Assembly: GCA_963844035.1 (NCBI GenBank)
Contig: CAWJMT010000002.1
Location: 1 to 64,000 of the forward strand
DNA from: an uncultured Gemmatimonadales bacterium
GTDB taxonomy: Bacteria; Gemmatimonadota; Gemmatimonadetes; Gemmatimonadales; GWC2-71-9
Length of the DNA stretch: 64,000 bases
Reading direction: 5' to 3'
How positions within the stretch are numbered: the stretch's first letter is position 1; the number at the start of each line of letters is the position of its first letter. A program made the position numbers and the translations under genes. The notes below the pieces were generated by a model that saw only the letters and a program-made list of their open reading frames with translations, did no database searches and was not told where the DNA came from. Positions 21,141 to 31,354 of this stretch are shown one piece after another.

Positions 21141-23920
21141 AAACGCGGTGCCCGAAAGGCGCGCGTTTCGACGGGACTCGTGCTGCTGCTGCTGGTGGGA
21201 TCGGGCGGCGCCGGCAGTCTCGCCGCGCAGGGAGTCGCTCCCCCCCGGGATACTGCGGCGCGCGGTCCACCGGGCGCGGGTTCGCCGCAGGGCCAGCGCA
21301 TCGACACGGCCACGGCGCGCAAGCTCGGGCTGCCCACGGGCCCCACCCGCACCTTTCCGGCCCCTGACGCAGTCATGGACTCCCTCCTCCGGCTCAAGGG
21401 CTTTCGCGTCACCCAGTACGCGGCCGACACGCTGATCGTCACCGGCGACAGCCAAACGATCTTCCTGCGCGGTCAGGCCATTCTCGATCGGGCGGGCACG
21501 AAGTTGGAGGCGGACTCGGTGCGCTATCGCGAGTCGACCTGTAAACTCGCGGCGACGGGCGATCCAAAGCTGTTCGAGCAGGGCACCGTCATGGTCGGCG
21601 AGAGCATGGGATACGATACCTGCTCTGCGCCGCGGTACGGTGCGCCAGGCGTTCACGGACTTCCAGGAGGGCGGCGTCACGTGGTACATGCGCGGCGACC
21701 TGGCCGTGGACTCGGGGTCCACGCGCCTGTATGGAGCGTCGACCGACATTACCTCCGACGACCACCCCGTGCCCGACTACCATTTTTCCACCGGGGAGCT
21801 CAAGTGGATGAACAAGTCGGTGATGGTCGGCCGACCGGCTGTGCTGTACGTCCACGACGTCCCCATCCTCTGGCTTCCGTTCATCTTCCAGGACGTACGG
21901 TCGGGCCGCCACAGCGGCATGCTCACGCCGCGATTCGGAGTGAACGACCTGGTACGGCCAACGTCGGGATACGAGCGGCATTTCGCGAACTTGGGATACT
22001 TCCTTGCGATCAACGACTACCTGGACCTGATGGCGGCGGCCGACTGGTACGCCGGCCGGAACGTGACGCTGCACGCCCAGACCCGCTATCGCTGGTTGGA
22101 CCGATTCATCGATGGCAGTTTCAACTACACGCGGGTCGACGAGTTCGACTCACAGTTGAAATCCTCGCAGATCGTCTGGAACCACGTCCAGAGCTTTGAC
22201 AGTCGCACGCGTCTCAACGCCCACATCGACTACGCGACCAGCGGCTCGGTGCTGCAGCAGAACTCCGTGGATCCCTCCCTCGCGACAGCGAGCCTTTCGT
22301 CTCAGCTCAATTTCGACAAGCGCTTCGGCTGGGGCACGGTGAACATGGGTGGCAGTCGCTCGCAGGATCTGTCCAGCGGGCGAATCGGCATGGTCTTCCC
22401 GCGCGTCACGCTGACACCGTCGCCGGTGAACATCACGCCGAGCATCACGTGGTCGCCGGGCTTCTCATACACCAACTCGCAGGAGTTCCACGCGGCGGGG
22501 ACCTACTTGCCTATCGTCGGTACGGATCGTGTGGACACGCTGGCGCTGTTTGCCCACACGCGGCAGACCGCCATCGGGTTCCAAACACCGCTTCGTATCG
22601 GCCGCTGGAATGTGGACAACAGCATCACCGCGAACGACGCGACCAGCGGCCAGCGCCAGGAATTCAACATTCCGGACTCGACCGTCCCGGGCGGCCGGCG
22701 CCGCGTGCTGTACGTCTCCACGTTCTCCACCACGGTTGACTGGCAAACGGGCATCAATCTCCCGCAGCTCTTTTCCGGAACGTGGAAGGTCCAGCCCGGC
22801 TTTCAGGTCGTCAACGCGACGTCGGCCGGCCCCTTCATGCTGCGCAACCAGTTCTCCGGCGGCCAGTGGGTTCAGCAAGGCAAGCGCCCACAGTTCAGCC
22901 TGGGCATCCGCCCCGCGTTCTTCGGCTTCTTCCCGGGGCTCGGTCCCGTGGCGCGCATCCGCCATTCATTTTCTCCGATCATCGACTACCACTACGCTCC
23001 CGGCTGGCAAGTGCCGGAGGCTTACGCCCGGGCCCTCTACCCGACCGACACGACGCTGAACTTGCAGACGGATCCGCAGCAAACGGTCAGCATCGGTCTT
23101 TCGCAGAACTTCGAGGCCAAGCTGAAGCCGCCGCGTGGTGACACGAGTGGGACGGCACCGCGCAAGCTGCGGCTGCTGAGCATCAACACCGACGCCATTG
23201 CCTACAACTTCGAGCAGGCGAAACAACCCGGACGCGTGGGATGGCAGACCCAGATCCTCGGCAACACGTACGCCTCCGATCTGCTGCCGAACTTCAGCCT
23301 GCGGGTGGCGCATGACTGTGGAACGGACCGGTCGGGTTCGAAACGTCCCAGTTCTCGACCTCTTCCTGCAAAGTGTGAATGCGTCGTTCGCGGTCACGCC
23401 GGCGACGCTGCGCGGAGTGGCGCGCCTGGTCGGGCTGGGGCACGACGCGCCGGCTGCGCCGCCCGCGCCCGCTCCCTCGACGTTCCCGCCGTCCGGTTCT
23501 CCGGACCAACAAGCGTCCCGGCCCCCCCCGCCGGTGTTTGGCGGTCCGCGCGGCATGGTGGGAGGGCCCGGCGGCGAACAGGGGTTCTCGCTCAACCTCT
23601 CGTACACGCTCAGCCGAACGCGGCCGCCGGCCACGGCCCCGACCGTGCTTGCCGTGACTCCGCAGAACCGGGAGCAGTTGAACGCGACCCTGAGCTTTCA
23701 ACCGACCGACAAGTGGCAGGCGAACTGGGCGACGTCATACGACCTGGTCACCCACGAGTTCAGCGAACACAACGTCCGCCTGGAGCGAGACCTGCATCGC
23801 TGGAGGGCCACGTTTTCCTTTGTGAAGAGCTCCAACGGCAACTTCGCCTTCAGCTTCTCGGTATCGTTGCTCGATGAGCCGGACATCAAGTTCGACTACG
23901 AGCAGCAGACCGTGCCGTAG
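21141..23920 (+). CDS. lptD: LptD/OstA-like LPS assembly outer-membrane protein (frameshifted near 21630 and 23315)
   Basis: KLEADSVRY, TSDDHPVPDYHF, PAVLYVHDVPILWLPF, RHSGMLTPRFG, alternating beta-strands, C-terminal LERDLHRWRATFSF...FSFSVSL. Confidence 0.78.
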
Positions 23921-23935
23921 GCGGTGCAGTTCATT

Positions 23936-24021
23936 TGTCCTCTCACAAGGACAGACGCCGCCGGCCCGGAAATGCTAAAGTCAATGGCAATATCAACTTG
24001 TGTCTGGGCACACAGTCTGCG
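23936..24021 (+). promoter_or_regulatory. Sigma54 promoter with upstream palindrome
   Basis: TGTCCT-N6-AGGACA at 23936-23953; GGGCACACAGTCTGC (GG-N10-GC) at 24006-24020. Confidence 0.55.
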
Positions 24022-24056
24022 TTCCTTAAGGGGCTAACTCCCCTCACGAGGCATCC

Positions 24057-24948
24057 ATGCGCGCGCCGTTGAAATCCTTGCTGGCTACGACAGGCCTATT
24101 GGCCTTTGCCTGTACGACGACGACGGACACGGGGCAGTTCTATGGTCCGCCGCTCGAGGCCCCGCAAACCCTCGAATCCATTTCGCTGAACCAGGCCGTC
24201 GAGCTTTTCTGGGCGGACAACGCCTTTACGAGTGACCCCACGCGCTTCGCGGTGTACCGCGTCTACAGTACGAGCTACGACCTCGATGCCGGCTTGTGCG
24301 GGGTGTCCTGGGAGGTCGAAGGGACGAACGTGGCGCCCGAATTTCTCGTCGGTGCCCTGACCAACGGCGTGCCACGCTGCTACGGCGTCACCGTCCCTGA
24401 GCACGGATGGCGCGGAAAGCGTCCGATCGCCGCTGCGGCAGGACACACCGCGTCCGGATGCGCGCAACGTGCTGGTATGGGCGTTCGGCACCAAGCCCGA
24501 TTCTTCCGGATTCCGGTTCTGGGACGACTTTGACGGCGACGGTATCGGCCAGGACGACGAGCTGGGGTTGATCCAGGCCGGGAATAGCCCCGCCGTCGAT
24601 CTGGCCATCCGTCGAAACAATGCCGATTCGTCGCTGTGGATCGTGCCGATATTCTCCGGCACCACGATGCGGCCCTACGGACCGATTGACGACGTGACGT
24701 CCATCGATTTCGCGCCCGTCTCGGGCTACACTCGCGACTCGTTGCGGGCCCAGGTGGGTTACGGCTACGTCTTCAAAATGGTCGATGGAACTGACCTGCA
24801 CTACGGCGCATTCCGCGTGACGCACGTGGGGCGGCAGTTCCTGATTCTCGATTGGAGCATGCAGACGGACCCGGGCAATCCTGAGCTCGTTCGGCGGGCG
24901 GGATTGGTTACGGCCAAGCCAAGCGGATCGGCGGCAGCCGCACGCTAA
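24057..24948 (+). CDS. Hypothetical lipoprotein (frameshifted near 24400)
   Basis: Lipobox LAFAC; FN3-like segment (VELFW...YRVY...YGVT); DFDGDG motif; SD GAGG. Confidence 0.7.
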
Positions 24949-24959
24949 GGGAAGCGGAC

Positions 24960-24999
24960 CGGGCGCCAAGTTGCGGTAGGCGGAGCAACTTGGCGCCCG
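24960..24999. terminator. 15-bp perfect hairpin after the lipoprotein gene
   Basis: CGGGCGCCAAGTTGC-N10-GCAACTTGGCGCCCG; no U-tract. Confidence 0.5.
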
Positions 25000-25112
25000 C
25001 GTGTCTGGACCAATCCCGCCGCTTGCCCGCACCGGGCACCAACCTCGTAAGCGTCGTCTGGACAGAGGGTTCGGCTTGTAAGTGTTCCTGCGCCCCCGTA
25101 TCTTTAGCCCCA

Positions 25113-27627
25113 ATGTCCAAGCTTGAGAGGCTCAAGGAAAAGGCGAGGACCCTCGAGGCACGAGATCCGAAGGGCGCGATCGATGCATGGCTCGAGGCCC
25201 TGAAGACGGAGGAGGGGGAGGGGGAGGCCAACCCCGATCTTTCCGTCTACAACCGGATCGGCGACCTCTGGCTGAAGGTCAAAGATCCGGCGCAGGCGGC
25301 GGACTACTACGAGCGGGCCGTCGACAAGTACGCCGAGCTCGGATTCCACAACAACGCCATCGCGATGTGCAACAAGGTCCTCCGGAACGCTCCGGGGCGG
25401 CCGACGGCTTACCTCAAGCTTGCCAAACTGTACGCATCGAAGGGGTTCAACGCCGAAGCGAAGCAGAACTTCGTGGAATACGCCGAGCGGATGCACAAGG
25501 CGGGGAAGATTCAGCATGCCTTTGCCGCGCTGAAGGAATTCACCGATTTGTCGCCGGGCGGTGGCGGGCTTGCGCGCGATGCTGGAAGAGCAGCTGAACA
25601 TGTACGGCACCCCGAATCGCGCTGACCGATCGAGCGCGCCAACGGCGGCCAAGGAAGAGGCGCCCCACGGCAAGGCGCCGACGGGGAAGTCGTCGAGCTT
25701 GGTGTTCCTGGATCTTGACGCGCCTCCCACGAAGGGCAAACCGGCAGTCGCACCCCGCCCAGCGCCGCCGCGCGCGCCGGATCCTCCACCCACGACGTCG
25801 AGTCTCCTTGGCGACGTCTCGCCCGACCTCGACACATCGCTGGAGATCGAGTCCACGAGCCTCGCCGATGAGCAGGTCGCCGACGTGGATGGGGGCGTGT
25901 TGGAGGGGCTCGAGCCCACGGCGACCTTTTCCGACGCGGAGACTGAGTCGGAGGTGCCGTCGCTGCGGGACGACGTGTCTGCCGCCGACGTCGAACCCCT
26001 CGCGGACTTTGAACCCACCACCCCGGCCGATGGCATCGAGGGTGCCCAGGCGGTGGAGGACGATGCGGGCGGCATGGTGGACCTCGAGCCGCTGGTGGAT
26101 GACGAGCTTGAGATCGAGGCGCCGCCGCCGCCTCCATCCAAGCCGTTTCGGCCGGGCGGTCCGAAACCCGGGTCGCCTCCGCCCGCGCCGCAGAAGGTCG
26201 CGCCCGTGGTGCCGCGTCGGCCTGGGGCGCCACCGCCGCGGGTCAGTGCACCGAGCATTGAGGGACCCAAGGTCACGCCGGTCATGCCGAAGCGTCCCAC
26301 CCCTCCCGTGGTGCCGCCACCCAAGCGCAAGGGCGCGGTCGAGGTCCCGCTCCTCGAGCTCGAGCCGGACTTCGAATCCGCATCGAGCCAGGACGTCGAC
26401 AACGAGCCCCTGGTGGACCAAGGAACGAAGGGGTTCGTACAGACCGAGTTCGTCGACTCCGACACGGACGCTGGCGTGAGTCGCGGCCGGCGTTCGGGAT
26501 TCATCGACCTCGGAGTGGACGAGGCGGGTTCTGGCGACCAACCGGGCGCGTTGTCGTTCTCCCAAGTCGAAGCAGCTCCCCTGCCGCCATCGATCGAGCA
26601 ACTCGAGGGGTTGGTGGCCGACGACCCTGACGACCCCGAGGCGCATCGGGCCCTGGGTGAGGCGTTGATCGAAGCGGGGGACCGCGAGCGCGGGATCGAG
26701 GAGTTGGACCACGCCACCGCGGGGTTCGAGAACCGGGGCGAGCTCGCGCAGGCGCAGGACTTGACCGATGAAATTCTTCGCCTGGACCCGAACAGTGTAC
26801 GCCACCGGCAGAAGCTGGTGGAGTATGCCTTCAAGTCCGGTGACAAGGCCGCGCTGATCGATGCCTACCTCGAGCTGGCGGACACGCTGCTGCGTGGCGA
26901 TCTGCCCGACAAAGCGCGAGCCGTCTACCAGCGGGTGGCCGAGCACGACCGGACCAACGAGCGGGCGAAGGCGGCGCTCGCGATGCTGGCGCCGGTGACG
27001 GCCCCCGCACCCGAGACCAAGCCGCAGTCCCGGGAGCCGCGCGTGGCGCCCAAGGACGCGAAGATGACGGTGCGCGATGAGCCGGGAGAGCACGGGGATT
27101 TCGTCGATCTCGGCGCCATGATTCTGGACGACGACAGCGCCGTCCAGCGCAATACACGGATGACCGTGGCGGATGAAGAGCCCACGGGCGACGAGGAAAA
27201 AGACTTTCGTGAGATGCTGGCTCGGTTCAAGCAGGGCATCGACGAGAACATCGAGGAAACCGATTTCCAGTCGCACTACGACCTGGGCGTTGCGTTCAAG
27301 GAGATGGGCCTCCTGGACGAAGCGATCGCCGAGTTTCAGAAGGCACTGGCGGCACCGGAGGGAAAACTCCGGACGACCGAAGCCCTGGGGGCGTGCTTCA
27401 TCGAGCGCCGCGCGTATGTCGTCGCCGAGTCCATCCTGCGGCGCGGGCTCGACCTGCCTGCCTCCGGTGACAAAGAGCGCCTTGGGGTGCTCTATTGGCT
27501 GGCGCGCGCGCTCGAAGAGGTGGGCAAGAAAGTCGAGGCGCGAGACCTGTACGGGCGCGTCTTCGCGGTCGACATCCGCTTCATGGACGTAGGGGAGCGC
27601 GTGAAGGCGCTGGCGAAGGCGAAGTAG
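25113..27627 (+). CDS. Large TPR protein, SgmX-like (frameshifted near 25560)
   Basis: N-terminal TPRs (YNRIGDL, AIAMCNKVLR), acidic/Pro-rich linker, C-terminal SHYDLGVAFKEMGLLDEAIAEFQ and VFAVDIRFMDV. Confidence 0.8.
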
Positions 27628-27628
27628 C

Positions 27629-28618
27629 ATGCAACCCCAGCTCGCACCTGTGTCCCTGTCCGATATCCAGCGGCCTATCGCCGGTGAGCTGGACGACGTC
27701 GTCACCGCGCTGCACCGCATCATCGTCGCGGATTTCCCGATCATCGCGTCGGCGAACGAGCACCTGCTACGGGTGAAGGGCAAGCTGTTCCGGCCCACGC
27801 TGCTGTTTCTCAGTCAGCGGGCGGCCGGCGTGCCGGAGCCGCGCGCCGTGACGCTGGCGGCGGTGGTCGAGCTGATCCACCTCGCCACGCTGGTGCACGA
27901 TGACGCGGTGGACCATTCTGTGCTGCGGCGCGGCATGCCCACGATCAACGCCCTGTTCTCCCATCAGGTTGCCGTGATCATGGGCGACTACCTGTACTCC
28001 CGGGCGATCATCGAGCTTGTGAACCTGGGCGACCTGGAGCCGTTGCGCGTGTTCGGGCGGGTCACGAACGAGATGACGGTGGGGGAAATGCGCCAGCTGG
28101 AGGCGCACGACAAGTTGTCGTACAGCGAAGCGCAGTACGACCACCTGATTCGGGCGAAGACCGCGTCGCTGCTCTCGGGTGCGTGCGAGGTGGGTGCGCT
28201 CTCCGCGAGCCGCACCCGCCGGGAGGCGCTCGCCCGTTTTGGGATGCACCTGGGGATGGCGTTTCAAATCACGGATGATTTGCTCGACTACACCCAGCCG
28301 GAAGAGATCACCGGGAAGCCGTTCGGCCTCGACCTGAAGGAGCACAAAGTGACCCTGCCGCTCATCGCCGCGCTCGACCGGATGGCCCCGGGGGACCGGC
28401 AGCTGGTGGCGCGTTTGATGGAAGCCCCCGATCCGTCCGACGACATTGTCGCGGATGTGATCCGGGCCGTGGAGGCGGCGGGCGGCCTGGAATACGCCCG
28501 GGGGCGTGCGCTCGAGCGGGCGCAGCAGGCGGAGGCCGATCTTGAAGCGCTGGCTCCCACTCCGGCGCGGGACGCGCTGCGGGACTGCATTACGTACGCC
28601 GTCGAGCGGCGCAGCTAA
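27629..28618 (+). CDS. ispB: Polyprenyl diphosphate synthase (IspB family)
   Basis: GKLFRP, ELIHLATLVHDDAVD, RRG, GDYL, KTASL, FQITDDLLD. Confidence 0.92.
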   Translation: MQPQLAPVSLSDIQRPIAGELDDVVTALHRIIVADFPIIASANEHLLRVKGKLFRPTLLFLSQRAAGVPEPRAVTLAAVVELIHLATLVHDDAVDHSVLRRGMPTINALFSHQVAVIMGDYLYSRAIIELVNLGDLEPLRVFGRVTNEMTVGEMRQLEAHDKLSYSEAQYDHLIRAKTASLLSGACEVGALSASRTRREALARFGMHLGMAFQITDDLLDYTQPEEITGKPFGLDLKEHKVTLPLIAALDRMAPGDRQLVARLMEAPDPSDDIVADVIRAVEAAGGLEYARGRALERAQQAEADLEALAPTPARDALRDCITYAVERRS

Positions 28619-28621
28619 GCC

Positions 28622-28894
28622 GTGGCGCAAGGTCCTCGCCGGCCGCTATTTTACCTGGGGGTGCTCGCCGCCGGATTCGTCCTGGGCGGGTTCTTCCATG
28701 CGCTTCTCCGGCACTACCTGCCGCAGGGCGCCGCCAAGGAGTTTTTCACCACGGCCGTGACGCCGACCCTCGGGCCGGTACATCTCGACCTCCTGGTGGT
28801 ATCAATTACGCTCGGGCCGATCGGCTTCGATGTTTCGCTGCTGGCCCTCGTGGGGGTCGCGATCGCCTATTTTGTCGCTCGATCGCTCTTCTAA
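28622..28894 (+). CDS. Small membrane protein (DUF4321-like)
   Basis: Two hydrophobic segments flanking PVHLDLLVVSITLG. Confidence 0.65.
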   Translation: MAQGPRRPLFYLGVLAAGFVLGGFFHALLRHYLPQGAAKEFFTTAVTPTLGPVHLDLLVVSITLGPIGFDVSLLALVGVAIAYFVARSLF

Positions 28895-28907
28895 GAGAGA
28901 GGCGTCT

Positions 28908-29147
28908 ATGCTTGGAGACCTGTCGTTCAGCCACATCCTGATCCTGCTGCTCGTCCTGGTGCTCGTGTTCGGGGCGAGGCGGATCCCGGAAATCGGGTCG
29001 TCGTTGGGCCAAGGCATCCGCGAGTTCAAGCGGAGTCTGAAGGAAGTCACCGATGACCGCCCCGAGCCGCGGAGCGTGCAGCCGCCCGCTCCCACGGCCT
29101 CGTCCTCGCTCCCTACGAGCGGGGACCCGAAGCGCCTCAACCAGTAG
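28908..29147 (+). CDS. tatA: TatA/E subunit
   Basis: TM then FGARRIPEIGSSLGQGIREFK. Confidence 0.92.
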   Translation: MLGDLSFSHILILLLVLVLVFGARRIPEIGSSLGQGIREFKRSLKEVTDDRPEPRSVQPPAPTASSSLPTSGDPKRLNQ

Positions 29148-29169
29148 TCCCGCCCGGCGGACGTAGAGC

Positions 29170-29376
29170 GTGAGCGTGAGCGGGGGTGAGTTGGTGCTCC
29201 TGTTGCTGGTCGCGCTGCTCGCGCTCGGGGCCCGCCGGCTTCCCGAAGCCGGCGGCATGGTGGGGAAGGGACTACGCCAATTCCACCGGGCGCTCAACGA
29301 GGCACGCGGCGCCATCAGCGACGATGCTCCCAGTCCACCCCGTCCGGCGAAGCGGCCGGAACGGCTGATCGACTGA
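29170..29376 (+). CDS. Second TatA/TatB-like subunit
   Basis: GGELVLLLLVALLALGARRLPEAGGMVGKGLRQF. Confidence 0.82.
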   Translation: MSVSGGELVLLLLVALLALGARRLPEAGGMVGKGLRQFHRALNEARGAISDDAPSPPRPAKRPERLID

Positions 29377-29392
29377 GGGTGTGCCCGGGCGG

Positions 29393-31210
29393 CTAGCTGC
29401 CGCTCGAGGCCGCCTGCGTAAACAGCTCTTTCCGGCGGTCCACAATCTTGGCCCGCTCCCGCAGGGCCGCCACGTACGCCTGGACGCGCGCCTGCCGGGC
29501 GATTTGCATGAGGCCCTCCCGCTGCTGGTCCTTCTGCCTGGCCCATGTCGCCGAATCCGGGTGTGAGTGGCTCAGCGCTTCCACGAAGTAGAACCCCGTC
29601 TGGCTCTTGATGACGCCCGAGCGCGTTCCGGGTTTGAGCCCGAATGCGGCCCCGATGACGAGCGGATCAGGCCGGATAAACGCCGGCGGCGCGAGCCGAG
29701 GGAAGGGCCCGACTTTCTGGACGCTCAGGCCGTGTGCGGGTCCCATCTGCAGCAGGCTGCCCTTGTCGCCGAGGGCTTGCGCGATCTCCCCGGCGCGGCG
29801 CTCCGCTGCCTGACGCTTCTTGTCCAACCGGGCCGCGCTCGCGACGCGGTCGCGGATGTCTGCCAGCGGCGGAGTCCCCGCCGGCGCCAAGGAGTCGAGC
29901 CGGAAGACGTAGTAGGCCGGGGCTGCCTCGATCACCGGGCTGGTTTCCCCGACCCGTCCCTCGAACGCCCACACGCTCACGTCGGGAATGGCGTAACGGC
30001 CGAGCGTCAAGCGATCGCCTTCGACCAGGCGCGTTTGTGCGACCGGCAGTCCCAATTTTTGCGCGACGCCGTCGAGCGCCGTCCCGTCGGTCTGTTCAGC
30101 CGCGAGCTTGTCCAGCGTGTCGGCCCGGGCTTCGACATAGTCGAGATGGTCGCCCGTCAGCTCGATGGGGATGAGAATGTGGCGGACGTGCAGTGAATCG
30201 CCCTTGATGGCGTCGAGCCGGATGAGGTGATAGCCGTAGTTCGTAAGGACCGGCTGGCTGAGCGCTCCCGGTGTCAGCCGGCGCACGCCCTCCATGAACT
30301 GCGGATCAAATCCAGGTTCGTCGCGCTTGATCCAATCCAGGTCCCCGCCGCGCGAACCGCTGGCGGTGTCGGCCGACTCGCGTTTGGCTACGTCTTCGAA
30401 CTTGGCGCCCTTCGCGATCTCCGCGCGAATTTTCAGCACACGCTCCATTGCGGCGGCGCTGTCTCGGGCGTACGGCTGGCGGGGAAGGGCCATATAGCTG
30501 AGCGACGCGACCGCCGGCCGCTTGAAGTCCGCCGTGTGGTTGCGGTAGTACTGCTCGACCTCCGCATCCGAGACGGGAGCATCGTCGTCCGAGATCTGTT
30601 CGGGGCGGACCGCGGCCACCACGGCCGTCACGGATTCGTGCTGGTCGCGGTAGATCCGCCACAGCTTCGGGTCGGAGACGTACACGTCCGCGGTGAGGTA
30701 CTGGATCAACTTTGCCTGGGGGATCTGCTCGCGGTAGCGCGACTCGAGCGAACGCAGGAAGTCCGGGTCGCTGGCCGACGCGATGTAGCGCTGCCACTTG
30801 GTGATGTCGAACTGGCCGTTGGTCTGAAATTCGGAGGACTGCATCACTTCGGGTGGCGGGGAGCTTTGCGCCGCCTGAATGACTTCCTGATCGGTGACGG
30901 AGATCCCGAGTTTGCGGTACTGGCGGTCGAGCAACAGCAACTGAGTGAGTTGATCCACGACCTGGTTCTGCGCCTGCTGCTCTTCCTCGCGGGTGAGTGA
31001 GCCGCCGGTTTGGCGGCGCACCTGCTCGTACGCGGACTGCAGCGCCGCGTTGTACTCGGTGAGCCGCACATCCCGGCCGTCGACTCTGAGAACGACGTCA
31101 CGTGCGCCCTGGAAGATTTCGGTCACCTGCCCGTACGCGAGCCAGCCGATGAAGGTGATGGCGACCACCCAGAAAACGGGCTTTGCGATTTCGCGCATCG
31201 TGCGCATCAT
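29393..31210 (-). CDS. SurA-N/parvulin peptidylprolyl isomerase, PpiD-like
   Basis: MMRTMR N-terminal anchor, KLGISVTDQEV, FEDVAKRESAD, GGDLDW, TNYGYHLI, VRHILI. Confidence 0.88.
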   Translation of the reverse strand: MMRTMREIAKPVFWVVAITFIGWLAYGQVTEIFQGARDVVLRVDGRDVRLTEYNAALQSAYEQVRRQTGGSLTREEEQQAQNQVVDQLTQLLLLDRQYRKLGISVTDQEVIQAAQSSPPPEVMQSSEFQTNGQFDITKWQRYIASASDPDFLRSLESRYREQIPQAKLIQYLTADVYVSDPKLWRIYRDQHESVTAVVAAVRPEQISDDDAPVSDAEVEQYYRNHTADFKRPAVASLSYMALPRQPYARDSAAAMERVLKIRAEIAKGAKFEDVAKRESADTASGSRGGDLDWIKRDEPGFDPQFMEGVRRLTPGALSQPVLTNYGYHLIRLDAIKGDSLHVRHILIPIELTGDHLDYVEARADTLDKLAAEQTDGTALDGVAQKLGLPVAQTRLVEGDRLTLGRYAIPDVSVWAFEGRVGETSPVIEAAPAYYVFRLDSLAPAGTPPLADIRDRVASAARLDKKRQAAERRAGEIAQALGDKGSLLQMGPAHGLSVQKVGPFPRLAPPAFIRPDPLVIGAAFGLKPGTRSGVIKSQTGFYFVEALSHSHPDSATWARQKDQQREGLMQIARQARVQAYVAALRERAKIVDRRKELFTQAASSGS

Positions 31211-31297
31211 GCGGTCTTGACTCCTGCTCTGGGTGGGGAAGGGCCATAAGTCTATAAACCGCAACGAGCAAACTCAAGCGACGGCGACTGTTTCCGA

Positions 31298-31327
31298 TTG
31301 ACAGCGCCGCCCGGCGTTCACTATCTT
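31298..31327 (+). promoter_or_regulatory. Sigma70 promoter of the TPR-aroQ operon
   Basis: TTGACA-N18-TATCTT. Confidence 0.65.
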
Positions 31328-31354
31328 CGTTCAATTCCCACAAAGACTTAGGCC

